From a virus, in the IMG/VR virus record IMGVR_UViG_3300003937_000247: 64,000 bases of DNA; one strand, written 5' to 3'. Under the pieces are notes generated by a model, which was not told where the DNA came from, made no database searches, and saw only the letters and a list, made by a program, of their open reading frames with translations. Below, piece by piece: positions 25,135 through 34,745 of the stretch. Position numbers and translations under genes: made by a program. How positions within the stretch are numbered: the stretch's first letter is position 1; the number at the start of each line of letters is the position of its first letter.

Positions 25135-26454
25135 TTAAAATTTGTTGTGGACTAATTTCATCCAGTTATAGTTTCTATGAATGGCCAGTACCGAAGTGAT
25201 CTTATTATTTTCAAAATCAATAACAATGTTTTGACCACCGAAGCCGTCCATAATTAATATAGGTTTATTTCTTTTACCAGACATACCTACATAAAATTGT
25301 CCAGCATACGAGTTTGAATTAGACATACCCTTTGTAGTATCGTTTACTCTAAAACCTTTATCTATTTTATTTTCATATAAAGATTTTAAATATTGTCCTT
25401 CGCAAGTATTATTATTCCAATCATTTAACATTGCAACAGCAATTCTTAAATAATCATATCTTGTTATGTGCATTCCATAAGTTACTGTGGGTTGTTTTCT
25501 TTTTGCACCACGTTGTTTATAAAATACCATATCATATTCAATTCCCACTTTATCAACAAAAATTTCATTTAACATTTTTTTAAATTCTTTATCACCCATT
25601 TTATATAATATATAACTAGCAATTATGTTTGTATTCATATTTGAATACCAATATTTTTTATTTTCTGACGCCGTTGAGTTTTTTAATTCTTTACTTAATA
25701 GACTTTGAACGGAGTGACCGTTAACCCATCTTTTTGAGTTTCTAAAACTTGTATTATCAAAATACTTTTGGTCACCAGCAGCCATATTTAAAAGATTGAT
25801 TAATGGTTGTCCTTCGTATAATGTATTTTCTAAAATATCCCAATTTAATGGTTGATGTATACCATCAACGTATCCTCTACAAACAGCGTGGCCTGTTATG
25901 TATGAGAATATAGATTTACCAACCGAGTTGGAAACGTATCTAGTTTTATTTTTAAAAATTTTACCAAATCTATCTTTAGGAGTAATTTCATCTATCACAA
26001 CCGCACCATTAACATACATTAAATAACTTAATAGTGCTGTTTCATTTAATTGTTCAATTACAAAATCGTCCGTTTTAAGATTAAACTTAAATTCTTTTAT
26101 TTTATTCTTTTTCTTTTTTATTTTAAAGAAAACACGATTCATCTCATTAGGATTACCATAACTAATATATTTTTTTAAATAATGTTTTAAGATTTTATTA
26201 TCTGGAGTTGCATCCTGTGGAATCTCACCTGAATTATAAGGATAACCTTTCGTAGGAGTATTTCTATCATCAATTGTTTTAACTTTAGGTTCTTCTTTAT
26301 CACCACCACACTCATTATAATACCAGAGCATGGAATATTGTTTTTCTGTATTACAATCAAACGCATTCGCTCTCGGTACATAACATAGGAATAAACCTAT
26401 TGTTATAAGTCCCAAAAGTAGATTTATTTTAATTATCGTCCAAATTATTCTCAT
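25135..26454 (-). CDS. serine hydrolase, beta-lactamase/class C-like family, exported
   Basis: SVGKS (SxxK), LL.M.AG, YSN, DGFGGQ; N-terminal signal/TM. Confidence 0.85.
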   Translation of the reverse strand: MRIIWTIIKINLLLGLITIGLFLCYVPRANAFDCNTEKQYSMLWYYNECGGDKEEPKVKTIDDRNTPTKGYPYNSGEIPQDATPDNKILKHYLKKYISYGNPNEMNRVFFKIKKKKNKIKEFKFNLKTDDFVIEQLNETALLSYLMYVNGAVVIDEITPKDRFGKIFKNKTRYVSNSVGKSIFSYITGHAVCRGYVDGIHQPLNWDILENTLYEGQPLINLLNMAAGDQKYFDNTSFRNSKRWVNGHSVQSLLSKELKNSTASENKKYWYSNMNTNIIASYILYKMGDKEFKKMLNEIFVDKVGIEYDMVFYKQRGAKRKQPTVTYGMHITRYDYLRIAVAMLNDWNNNTCEGQYLKSLYENKIDKGFRVNDTTKGMSNSNSYAGQFYVGMSGKRNKPILIMDGFGGQNIVIDFENNKITSVLAIHRNYNWMKLVHNKF

Positions 26455-26457
26455 ATA

Positions 26458-26799
26458 TTATCTTTTATAAATTGCAAATGATGTAGCGTGTTGTTTTATA
26501 CAATGTGATTGGTCTCTATTGTAGATACCTGGGATACTAGGACCCCTATATTTAATTCTCCAACTACCGTTCAATTTACCAAAGGCATAATACAACCCTA
26601 ATAGATACATAGGTATATTTTTTGCAATTGATTCTTCATTGTCGGGACTTCTATAAGTTCTTAAAAAAGCGTCAAAGTTATTACTCATATTTTTAAGAGA
26701 AATTCCCTTTATAAAATTTGGGAAAGGTTGTTCGTTTGGAATATTGAAAACAACACCATTTTTCATAAAAGTGTTATTGTTTAATTTTAAAGTACTCAT
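26458..26799 (-). CDS. hypothetical protein
   Basis: ORF track; R..YRGP...A..FAIY motif; coupled to neighbours. Confidence 0.65.
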   Translation of the reverse strand: MSTLKLNNNTFMKNGVVFNIPNEQPFPNFIKGISLKNMSNNFDAFLRTYRSPDNEESIAKNIPMYLLGLYYAFGKLNGSWRIKYRGPSIPGIYNRDQSHCIKQHATSFAIYKR

Positions 26800-27035
26800 T
26801 ATGCAGTCTCCTTTACAAAGTGATAAAATGCAAAGTCATTAGTAGGTGACAATACAGTTTTGTTTTCTAAATTACTTCTTAAATATGATTCTTTAGAGAA
26901 TACACACTCAATAGAATCGGTTTGTATTAATTTATTAATAACTACATCAATTTGAGAATTGATTATATTATTAGTATGTGGATTTTTTTGTATATTCATC
27001 AACGATTTGATGATTTGTGATTTTTCTATTTTCAT
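26799..27035 (-). CDS. hypothetical protein
   Basis: ORF track; TAATG coupling. Confidence 0.6.
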   Translation of the reverse strand: MKIEKSQIIKSLMNIQKNPHTNNIINSQIDVVINKLIQTDSIECVFSKESYLRSNLENKTVLSPTNDFAFYHFVKETA

Positions 27036-27292
27036 TATGATATCCTCGCTGGGTCTTGGTTAACAATTTCGTCATATCCGTGAACACCACGAGCAGAGCG
27101 TAAACCGTTGTTTAAAGTATCATATCCGTTTTGGATATGTGAAACTTGGTCGTGTAAATTCATTGAACCACCGTGTGATTCAGAATGCATACGATCCAAA
27201 TTTGATAATATGTTTAAATTTAATTCTATTTGGTCGTTCAATCTTTGCATATTTGCAAGTGCTTGAGCAATCATTTGGTCAGTAGTAATCAT
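27035..27292 (-). CDS. hypothetical protein
   Basis: ORF track; TAATG coupling. Confidence 0.6.
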   Translation of the reverse strand: MITTDQMIAQALANMQRLNDQIELNLNILSNLDRMHSESHGGSMNLHDQVSHIQNGYDTLNNGLRSARGVHGYDEIVNQDPARIS

Positions 27293-27591
27293 TATATTCT
27301 TTCATTATTAGAATACCAAATAGACTCATATGTTCCGTCTCCTGATACTCTTTCCGTTTCGTGTACTGGTCCTCTAATTGTAAAGTTCCAATGTTGAAAC
27401 ATTGTGTTGTTAGTGATTAATCTTTTATACATTTTACGTGCTTTTTCTAAAGTCGTATAAGGACCAGCATAATCAGTATGATCCATAAGTTTAAAGTCTA
27501 AATCAGCGTCTCCCATATGCAATTCAGAAATATAATAGTTCTTTTCTAAATGTGCAGGATATTCGGATTTAACTAGTAGGGTTTCCAACAT
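27292..27591 (-). CDS. hypothetical protein
   Basis: Start at MLETLL via TAATG overlap; GPY.T. Confidence 0.6.
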   Translation of the reverse strand: MLETLLVKSEYPAHLEKNYYISELHMGDADLDFKLMDHTDYAGPYTTLEKARKMYKRLITNNTMFQHWNFTIRGPVHETERVSGDGTYESIWYSNNERI

Positions 27592-27767
27592 TACTTGTTT
27601 TCTCCCATAGTATAGATTGATAAAAATGCCGAAACTATCATAATTCCGAACATTACAAAAAACATTGCCCAATTGTCATTTCCTAGACAATGTCCTCCAC
27701 AATCCTCAATAAATCCAACTGCCATAATAGCAGCGAATATCGTAGTTAATGAAAATATAAAATTCAT
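27591..27767 (-). CDS. small two-TM membrane protein
   Basis: MNFIFS...AVG.IEDCGGHC; AAGGA SD. Confidence 0.6.
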   Translation of the reverse strand: MNFIFSLTTIFAAIMAVGFIEDCGGHCLGNDNWAMFFVMFGIMIVSAFLSIYTMGENK

Positions 27768-27769
27768 AG

Positions 27770-28000
27770 TGTTTTTCCTTCTGTTTTCTCTCATTATTAT
27801 AAGTATATAATACACTATTTTTCAACGGAAAACAAGCAAAAAATGGTGAAAAAGTCCGTTTTTTTCCCTTATTTTCTGCGATTTTTTGGTATTTTTGGCA
27901 AAAGATGTTCTTATTTTGTTCTTTTCCTTGATTTCCCTTGTTTTTTCAACAAAAAGCCGTCATTTCTATCATATAAATAGTAGAAACGAACCAAAATGAG
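27770..28000. promoter_or_regulatory. divergent intergenic control region (leftward small-ORF cassette; late TATAAATA rightwards at ~27972)
   Basis: A/T tracts, TG-TATTAT on - strand, short repeats TTTTCAAC x2, TTTCCCTT x2, TGTTCTT x2. Confidence 0.45.
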
Positions 28001-28006
28001 GTAATT

Positions 28007-28219
28007 ATGCCAAAAATGAGAAAGTTTAAATTTACGGATGGAAAAGATTTTAACGAAATAATTGAATCTCTTTCCTTTAAAAAAGCAGTTAAATCTATAC
28101 AAAGAAAAATTGATTTAAAGAAAAATCAAGGTTTATTTTGTGAATGGATTACTAAAAAAGGGAAAGAAATAAAAAGTTGGGTTAAAATGCCTATAGGAAG
28201 AAAGAAAAAATTAGACTAG
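28007..28219 (+). CDS. basic hypothetical protein
   Basis: GAGG SD; SFKKAVK; W.TKKG; PIGRKK. Confidence 0.65.
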   Translation: MPKMRKFKFTDGKDFNEIIESLSFKKAVKSIQRKIDLKKNQGLFCEWITKKGKEIKSWVKMPIGRKKKLD

Positions 28220-28223
28220 ATAA

Positions 28224-28367
28224 ATGAGATTAGCTAAATCTTACGTAGCACACGTAGGAACATATAAAAGAACATCACAATCACAAAGAAAAAGATCCGT
28301 CAAAAAGTCAAGTATGAATAAGAGTAAAAAAAGATCATATAAACCATACAACGCACAAGGGAGGTAA
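28224..28367 (+). CDS. small basic protein (Y..QGR C-terminus, seen near PAAR/gp25 in T4-like phages)
   Basis: Read manually: ...KRTSQ...SSMNKSKKRSYKPYNAQGR. Confidence 0.65.
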   Translation: MRLAKSYVAHVGTYKRTSQSQRKRSVKKSSMNKSKKRSYKPYNAQGR

Positions 28368-28371
28368 CATA

Positions 28372-28671
28372 ATGGCTGTAAGAGAGGGAGATAGTCTTAC
28401 AACAGGACACGCTTGTACTGCAATTACTAAATTAGCAATATCTTTAATAAGAACAGTAAAAGCAAATGGTATTCCTGGTGCTGTTGTAGGCACTCCTACT
28501 ATATCACATACTGCCCCACCATTACCTGCTTGCCCAGCACACATTATGTTTTTAAATGCAGGATCACCAAATGTTAAGATAGGCGGTATAAATTGGGGAC
28601 GTATAGGTGATAGTGCTGACCTAGGTGCAATGATTTCAGGTTCTTTAAATGTATTAGCAAATGGTAAGTAA
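28372..28671 (+). CDS. PAAR spike-tip protein (gp5.4-like)
   Basis: R.GD...TGH.C; H..P...C..H; GS.NV; RIGD; GS.NV.AN. Confidence 0.9.
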   Translation: MAVREGDSLTTGHACTAITKLAISLIRTVKANGIPGAVVGTPTISHTAPPLPACPAHIMFLNAGSPNVKIGGINWGRIGDSADLGAMISGSLNVLANGK

Positions 28672-28689
28672 TATCTTATAAATATAGGT

Positions 28690-29121
28690 ATGGCTTTCTC
28701 AAACTATGACGCAACTACAACAAATAAAAGTAAAAGATCAAATCGTATCTATAGCGATTTGAATTTAAGTTTTACTAAAAATCCTGCTACAAAGGATGTT
28801 GCAAGATTATTTGATGTACAAGCAATTAAGAGAGCTGTTAAAAATATTATTTTAACAAACAAATATGAAAGACCTTTTAATTCAGATTTCGGTTGTAATT
28901 TAAGAGGATTTTTATTTGAAAATATAACTGAACCTTTATTGGTACTAATTAAAGATAGAATATCTATGGCAATTGAAAAATATGAGCCAAGAGTTTCAGT
29001 TGAAGATGTTGTTGTTCAGGATGATGAAGAAAATAATGGTTTAAACATTATGGTTTCTTTTATGGTTAATGGTGTTGAACAACCAATCACAGTATCAACG
29101 TTTTTACAAAGAGTAAGATAA
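28690..29121 (+). CDS. gp25: baseplate wedge gp25
   Basis: YSDL.L.F; AIK.AV.NI.LT..YERPF...FG; YEPRV; L.R.R. Confidence 0.95.
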   Translation: MAFSNYDATTTNKSKRSNRIYSDLNLSFTKNPATKDVARLFDVQAIKRAVKNIILTNKYERPFNSDFGCNLRGFLFENITEPLLVLIKDRISMAIEKYEPRVSVEDVVVQDDEENNGLNIMVSFMVNGVEQPITVSTFLQRVR

Positions 29122-29122
29122 A

Positions 29123-30979
29123 ATGGCACAACACAGACTAGAGATATCGGAATTAGATTTTGAAAATATAAAAGGTTCACTAAAAAGATTTCTATCAAAC
29201 CAAAACGAATTTAAAGATTACGATTTTGAAGGAAGTTCAATAGCAGTTCTATTAGACTTACTTTCTTACAACACTCATTATTTAGCTTACAATGCAAATT
29301 TCGTAGCAAACGAAATGTTTATGGACACAGCACAATTAAGAAGTAGTGTTGCGTCATTAGCTAAATTAGTTGGTTATACACCAAACTCATCCAGAGCACC
29401 AGTCGCTGATTTAAAATTAGTAATCAATGATGGTACAGGTTCTTCAATTACAATTCCTGCAGGTACAAAATGGACATCATCAATAGATGGTCTTACATAC
29501 ACGTTTGTTTCCATATCAGACAAAGTTGTACAACCAATTGATGGCGTTTATACTTGCCAAAGTTTAAATGTTTATGAAGGTACCTATGTAACTTACAATT
29601 ATACAGTTGAAGTAAACGATATAGACCAAAGATTTTTAATACCAAGTGATAGAGCAGATACAACTACAATAAAGGTTGTGATACAAAATAGTATTTCAGA
29701 CGTTACACAAAGTACATATACACAAGCAAGTTCAATTACAGAATTAGATAGTACAAGTAAAGTTTATTTTTTACAAGAAGCTGAAGATGGCCAATATGAA
29801 ATATATTTTGGTGATGGTGTTATAGGTAAAAAATTAAATGATGGTAACATTATTAATATAAGTTATATTGTAACAAACAAAACAGAAGCTAATGCTGCTT
29901 CAACATTTAATTTATCAGGTTCTATTTCTGGTTTTACAGATGTAACTACAACTATTAATTCAAATGCTCAAGGTGGTGCTGATCCAGAAAGTTTACAAAG
30001 TATTAAATTTAATGCTCCTAATTTCTATGCGTCACAGGATAGAGCAGTAACAGTAGAAGATTATAAATCAAAAGTAAAACAACTTTATGCTAACACACAA
30101 TCAGTTAGTGCTTGGGGTGGTGAAGACGCTGAAACACCATTTTATGGTAGAGTTTATATTTCTATTTTACCAACAAGTGGTTCAAATTTAACAGACGCAA
30201 CAAAAGAAAGAATTGTAAAAGATTTAAAAAAATATTCAGTTGCTTCAGTTACTCCAGTAATTATTGATTCTGAAACTACAAATATATTATTAACATCAAC
30301 AGTTAAGTTTGATGAAACAAGTACACCAAAAACTGCTGACACTTTAAAATCAAATGTTGTTACAACATTAACAGATTATAATACAAATACTTTACAATCT
30401 TTTGATACAATTTTTAGATACTCAAAACTTTCCAGTTTAATAGACGATACAGACGAAAGTATTTTATCAAATATCACAACAGTTCAATTAAGAAAATCTT
30501 TTTTACCAACAATTGGAACTTCTACAAAATATACAATTAACTTTGCAAACTCATTATACAATCCACATTCAGGACATAATGCAACAGCAGGTGGTATAGT
30601 AAGTTCAACAGGATTTAAAATAGAAGGCGATACTACAAACATTTGGTATTTGGATGATGATGGTGAAGGTAATATAAGAAGATATAGACAAGACGGCTCT
30701 GTTAGAGCATATGGTACTAGTACACAAGGTTCAATTAATTATTCAACAGGACTAGTTGAGGTAAATTCTTTAAATGTTTCTAATATAGAAAATGTTAGAG
30801 GTGTGGCTTCAACAGTTATAGAGATTACAGTAAAACCACAATCAAATGATATAGTACCTATCCGAAATCAAATATTAGAAATGGATATAGCAAATAGTAC
30901 AGTCACAGTTGAGGCTGATGCTCTAGTAGGAGGCTCAGCAAACGCTGGTATAGGATATACCACAACAAGTAGTTACTAA
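29123..30979 (+). CDS. gp6: baseplate wedge gp6
   Basis: LDF..IK..L..FL..Q.EF.DYDFEGS; YFGDG; Q.RAVT..DY; WGGE. Confidence 0.96.
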   Translation: MAQHRLEISELDFENIKGSLKRFLSNQNEFKDYDFEGSSIAVLLDLLSYNTHYLAYNANFVANEMFMDTAQLRSSVASLAKLVGYTPNSSRAPVADLKLVINDGTGSSITIPAGTKWTSSIDGLTYTFVSISDKVVQPIDGVYTCQSLNVYEGTYVTYNYTVEVNDIDQRFLIPSDRADTTTIKVVIQNSISDVTQSTYTQASSITELDSTSKVYFLQEAEDGQYEIYFGDGVIGKKLNDGNIINISYIVTNKTEANAASTFNLSGSISGFTDVTTTINSNAQGGADPESLQSIKFNAPNFYASQDRAVTVEDYKSKVKQLYANTQSVSAWGGEDAETPFYGRVYISILPTSGSNLTDATKERIVKDLKKYSVASVTPVIIDSETTNILLTSTVKFDETSTPKTADTLKSNVVTTLTDYNTNTLQSFDTIFRYSKLSSLIDDTDESILSNITTVQLRKSFLPTIGTSTKYTINFANSLYNPHSGHNATAGGIVSSTGFKIEGDTTNIWYLDDDGEGNIRRYRQDGSVRAYGTSTQGSINYSTGLVEVNSLNVSNIENVRGVASTVIEITVKPQSNDIVPIRNQILEMDIANSTVTVEADALVGGSANAGIGYTTTSSY

Positions 30980-30983
30980 TGAG

Positions 30984-33578
30984 ATGGCCAACTTTAAAGA
31001 GAAATTATCAAACCTTTTAACTTCACAAGTACCTGATTTTGTACTTGAAGATCACCCATTATTTTTAGATTTTGTAAAAGCATATTATCAACTATTAGAA
31101 TCAGCAGAAATTACATTAACTAATATTGGTGATCCTGACCATTTAATATTAGAAGGTTCTACAGGTAGTACAATATTATTAGATGGTTCAAATGTAAAAT
31201 ATGATGACAATGGTGATAGAATACTTTTAGAAGATACAAGTTATGGTGATTTTATAAATGGTGAAACAATTACTGGTGCTACATCTGGTGCAACTGCTAT
31301 AGTTTTAGTAGAAGATGTTGATAGTGGTGCTCGTTTATTCGTTACACATCAAAACAAATTTATAGAAGGTGAATTAATTACAGGAGCAGCTTCAAGCGCT
31401 CAGGCAACTATAGGAAAATATAGAGCCAATCCAGTACAAAACATACAACAACTTTTAGATTATGCTGATGTAGATAAAACTATTTCAGCTTTCTTAACTA
31501 AATTTAGAAATTCTTTTTTAACTTCTATACCAGATACTTTACATTCTAGTATTGAAAAAGAACAATTAATTAAAAATGTTAAAACACTATATCAATCAAA
31601 AGGTACAAAACGTGCAAGTGAAATATTTTTTAAATTATTATTCAATGAAACAGCAGAAATAAGATATCCCAAAGATAGTATTTGGAGAGCTTCTGATGGT
31701 AAATGGGATACAAGAAAAATATTACGTTGTTTAGAATTAGGAACTTCAGACGCTTCCAATCTTGTTGGTCAGACAATTACTCAAGCAAATGATCCGTCCG
31801 ATACAGGTGTAAATGAAGCTACTGCTATTGTTGAAGATGTATATAAGTTTATTATTGGTGGCACTACAGTTACAGAATTAGTATTAGGAGATGAATCTGT
31901 TACTGGTACATTTATAGCTGACCAAACTATAACAGGTATAGATAATACAGATTTAGACGTTTTAGTTTCATTGTCTGTTTCTTCTATCATTAATAATAAA
32001 ACAATTTCAACTGATGGTACATTATATAGTGAAGATGATAATATAACTTTGAGTGGTGGTGGTACAGGTGGAACTTTAAAAGTAGGAACAATAGGTCCAG
32101 GTTCAATAGACGAAGTAATTGTAAATAGTGGTGGTAGTGGTTATGCTGTAGGTGATGTTGTAAATTTTGGATCAGGTAATGCAGCTGCAAAAGTTTCAGT
32201 TGTAAGTGGTGGTGTTACACTTGAAAGTGGTACAGGTACTGGTCAACTAGTTTTAGAAGATGAAACAGGTAAAGAAGATCAATATTTTGGCGATAAGGTT
32301 GTACAAGAAAGTGGTACAGGTAATGCTGATATAACAGATATTAGAATGATAGATATTGGTAATGGTTATACCTCTTTACCAGCTTTAACAGTTACCTCAT
32401 CAGGAGGAACAGGTGCAAAACTTTTAGCATATGGTTCAGAAATTGGTCGTGCATTAACAATAAATGTAATTGAGTCTGGATATAATTATCAACAAAGTCC
32501 AGCACCAACAATTGTTTTACCAACGTATATTTTATATACAGCCCTTTCAGGAGGATTTACAGCTTTAGAAACAGTTACAGGTGGAACAAGTAGCAAAACT
32601 GCAACAGTAGTATCAATAGACACAGATTTAAATATTTTAAAACTTAAAAACGCAAGTGGCGCCTTTACACAAGGAGAAACAATAACTGGTAGTGGTGGTG
32701 GAACAATTTCTGCAACAAGATTAGAACAAGCAACTGGTACAGTATCCATATCACCAGTTGTAACTACAGATGGTAGTTTCATTAATGAAGATGGTTTTTT
32801 ATCTGATAACGCAATGAAAGTACAGGATAGTTTAAAGTACCAAGATTATTCATATATTATAAAAGTAGGTAGATCAATTAATGAATGGAGAGATAGTTAT
32901 ATTAAAACTTTACACTCTGCTGGTTTTTATTTTCAAGGTGAGATTACAATTGAAACACAATTGGATGCTCAGATTAAAAGAATAACAGGAATGAACTCTG
33001 GTATAACAGAAATAATAAAATCTGTTATTACAAGAATGTACTCAAAACTTATTGGTCGTAGATTAGGAACTGAAACAGACGGTACTAGTTTAAGATCAAA
33101 TGCTAATGCTGTTGTTTCTGCTGATTTTGATACAGATACAATTACACAATTTGATAGAACAACAAGAGATTTAACTTTAAAATCGCCAGCAATAGGAATA
33201 GATTATGTAAGTAGAGTTAGAAGAAACATACAACCTGCGTCTGGTAATGCAATAAATGTAAGACAAGGTTTTGCATATGCTGGGCCAAGATTTGGTGTAT
33301 TAAATAAATTTATTAATACTGCATTTGGTATTACTGCAAACAATACTTTTAGTAAAAGTGGTATAACGTTTGCTGTATTAAGTGGTATCAAAGTACAAGG
33401 CACAAGAACATCATTAGATGGTTCAAATGCTATATTTTTGATGACTTCTTCAGAGGATGGAAGAAAACTTAAAACCAATTTTACAATACCTGCACAAGTA
33501 GGTGAAATAAATCAAAATTCTATGGATGAAACTATTACGTCTATGGATAGCACAAATGTTTCAATGGATGCAGGATAA
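30984..33578 (+). CDS. gp7: baseplate wedge initiator gp7-like
   Basis: P.FV..DHP.F..F.KAYY; Y.SKGT; SDG.W; QDS..YQ.YSY.IK; after gp6. Confidence 0.8.
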   Translation: MANFKEKLSNLLTSQVPDFVLEDHPLFLDFVKAYYQLLESAEITLTNIGDPDHLILEGSTGSTILLDGSNVKYDDNGDRILLEDTSYGDFINGETITGATSGATAIVLVEDVDSGARLFVTHQNKFIEGELITGAASSAQATIGKYRANPVQNIQQLLDYADVDKTISAFLTKFRNSFLTSIPDTLHSSIEKEQLIKNVKTLYQSKGTKRASEIFFKLLFNETAEIRYPKDSIWRASDGKWDTRKILRCLELGTSDASNLVGQTITQANDPSDTGVNEATAIVEDVYKFIIGGTTVTELVLGDESVTGTFIADQTITGIDNTDLDVLVSLSVSSIINNKTISTDGTLYSEDDNITLSGGGTGGTLKVGTIGPGSIDEVIVNSGGSGYAVGDVVNFGSGNAAAKVSVVSGGVTLESGTGTGQLVLEDETGKEDQYFGDKVVQESGTGNADITDIRMIDIGNGYTSLPALTVTSSGGTGAKLLAYGSEIGRALTINVIESGYNYQQSPAPTIVLPTYILYTALSGGFTALETVTGGTSSKTATVVSIDTDLNILKLKNASGAFTQGETITGSGGGTISATRLEQATGTVSISPVVTTDGSFINEDGFLSDNAMKVQDSLKYQDYSYIIKVGRSINEWRDSYIKTLHSAGFYFQGEITIETQLDAQIKRITGMNSGITEIIKSVITRMYSKLIGRRLGTETDGTSLRSNANAVVSADFDTDTITQFDRTTRDLTLKSPAIGIDYVSRVRRNIQPASGNAINVRQGFAYAGPRFGVLNKFINTAFGITANNTFSKSGITFAVLSGIKVQGTRTSLDGSNAIFLMTSSEDGRKLKTNFTIPAQVGEINQNSMDETITSMDSTNVSMDAG

Positions 33579-33601
33579 TATATAAATAGTAAGAGAGAGA
33601 T

Positions 33602-34708
33602 ATGACAAAACAAGTAATAGACATAGGATCAGTAGCAAACGACGGAACAGGTAGTACTTTACGTGCGGCTGGCGATTTAGTTAACGATAATTTTAATGAA
33701 ATCTACACAGCAATTGGTGATGGCACTACTTTAACGAGTGGTTATATTACTGCAACAAGTACAACTACATTAACAAATAAATCACTAGATTTAGGCACTA
33801 ATACTTTCACAGGTTCATTAGCTGAATTTAATACAGCTTTGCAAAGTGATAGCTTCGTTAGTTTAACAGGATCTGAAACACTTACAAATAAGACTTTAAC
33901 AACACCAACAATTGCAGAAATAGATTCAGGTGCTGATATTATGCTTGACGCAACTGGCGATATTTTTTTAGACGCAGGTGGTAAAGATATTATTTTTAGA
34001 TATGACGGAGCTCAATTTGCTCTATTTACATCTTCAGGTGGTAACTTATTACTTCAATCAGGAACAACAACTGCAATAACTTTTACTGGTGCAAATGCTG
34101 CTTTTGCAGGTGATATATCTGCTGCTGGTGATCTTACGATTACAGGTGATTTAACAGTTAATGGAACAACAACTACTGTCAACTCTACAAATACTACTTT
34201 AGATGATAACTTATTAGAATTAAATAGTGGTGCTGGTTCAAATGCAAATGATACTGGTATTATTATGGAAAGAGGTTCTACTGGAGATAATGCAATTGTA
34301 GCCTGGGACGAGTCAGCAGACAAGTTCATTATGGGAACTACAACTGCAACTGCTTCAGATACAGGAAATCTCTCAATTACTGCAGCTACATTAGTTGCAA
34401 ATTTAGAAGGTACAGTAACAGGTAATGTTACTGGAAACGTATCAGGTAGTTCAGGATCAACAACAGGAAATGCCGCAACAGCAACATTAGCTACAGACGC
34501 AACAGGATTAGCAACAGGTCGTACACTTGCAATGACAGGAGATGTTGTATGGAATTCAGGAAGTTTTGACGGAACAGCAAATGTAACTGCAGCTGCAACA
34601 ATACAAGCGGGAGTCATCAGCTCAACTGAATTGGCTAGTGCTGTACAATTGGATATCGTAGATTCAAGTGGATCAACGGTAAAGACAATATTTGGTGCAG
34701 GAAATTAA
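33602..34708 (+). CDS. baseplate-attached fibre protein (gp9/gp10-like N-terminus)
   Basis: KQ.I.IG..ANDGTG..LR.AG...N.NF.EIY; LTNKT repeats; G.LTV.GTTT.VN. Confidence 0.75.
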   Translation: MTKQVIDIGSVANDGTGSTLRAAGDLVNDNFNEIYTAIGDGTTLTSGYITATSTTTLTNKSLDLGTNTFTGSLAEFNTALQSDSFVSLTGSETLTNKTLTTPTIAEIDSGADIMLDATGDIFLDAGGKDIIFRYDGAQFALFTSSGGNLLLQSGTTTAITFTGANAAFAGDISAAGDLTITGDLTVNGTTTTVNSTNTTLDDNLLELNSGAGSNANDTGIIMERGSTGDNAIVAWDESADKFIMGTTTATASDTGNLSITAATLVANLEGTVTGNVTGNVSGSSGSTTGNAATATLATDATGLATGRTLAMTGDVVWNSGSFDGTANVTAAATIQAGVISSTELASAVQLDIVDSSGSTVKTIFGAGN

Positions 34709-34745
34709 ACAAAAATGATTATAAATATAATTAAGGAATAGAAAA

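Noticed and set aside
25135-26454. Antibiotic-resistance beta-lactamase
   Set aside because: Fold family only; most such SxxK proteins are esterases or peptidases and nothing here indicates resistance
34054-34617. Long antisense ORF (and similar shadows at 425-706, 13547-13975, 57989-58474 and others)
   Set aside because: Lie opposite well-supported genes; expected from codon bias; no motifs or start signals
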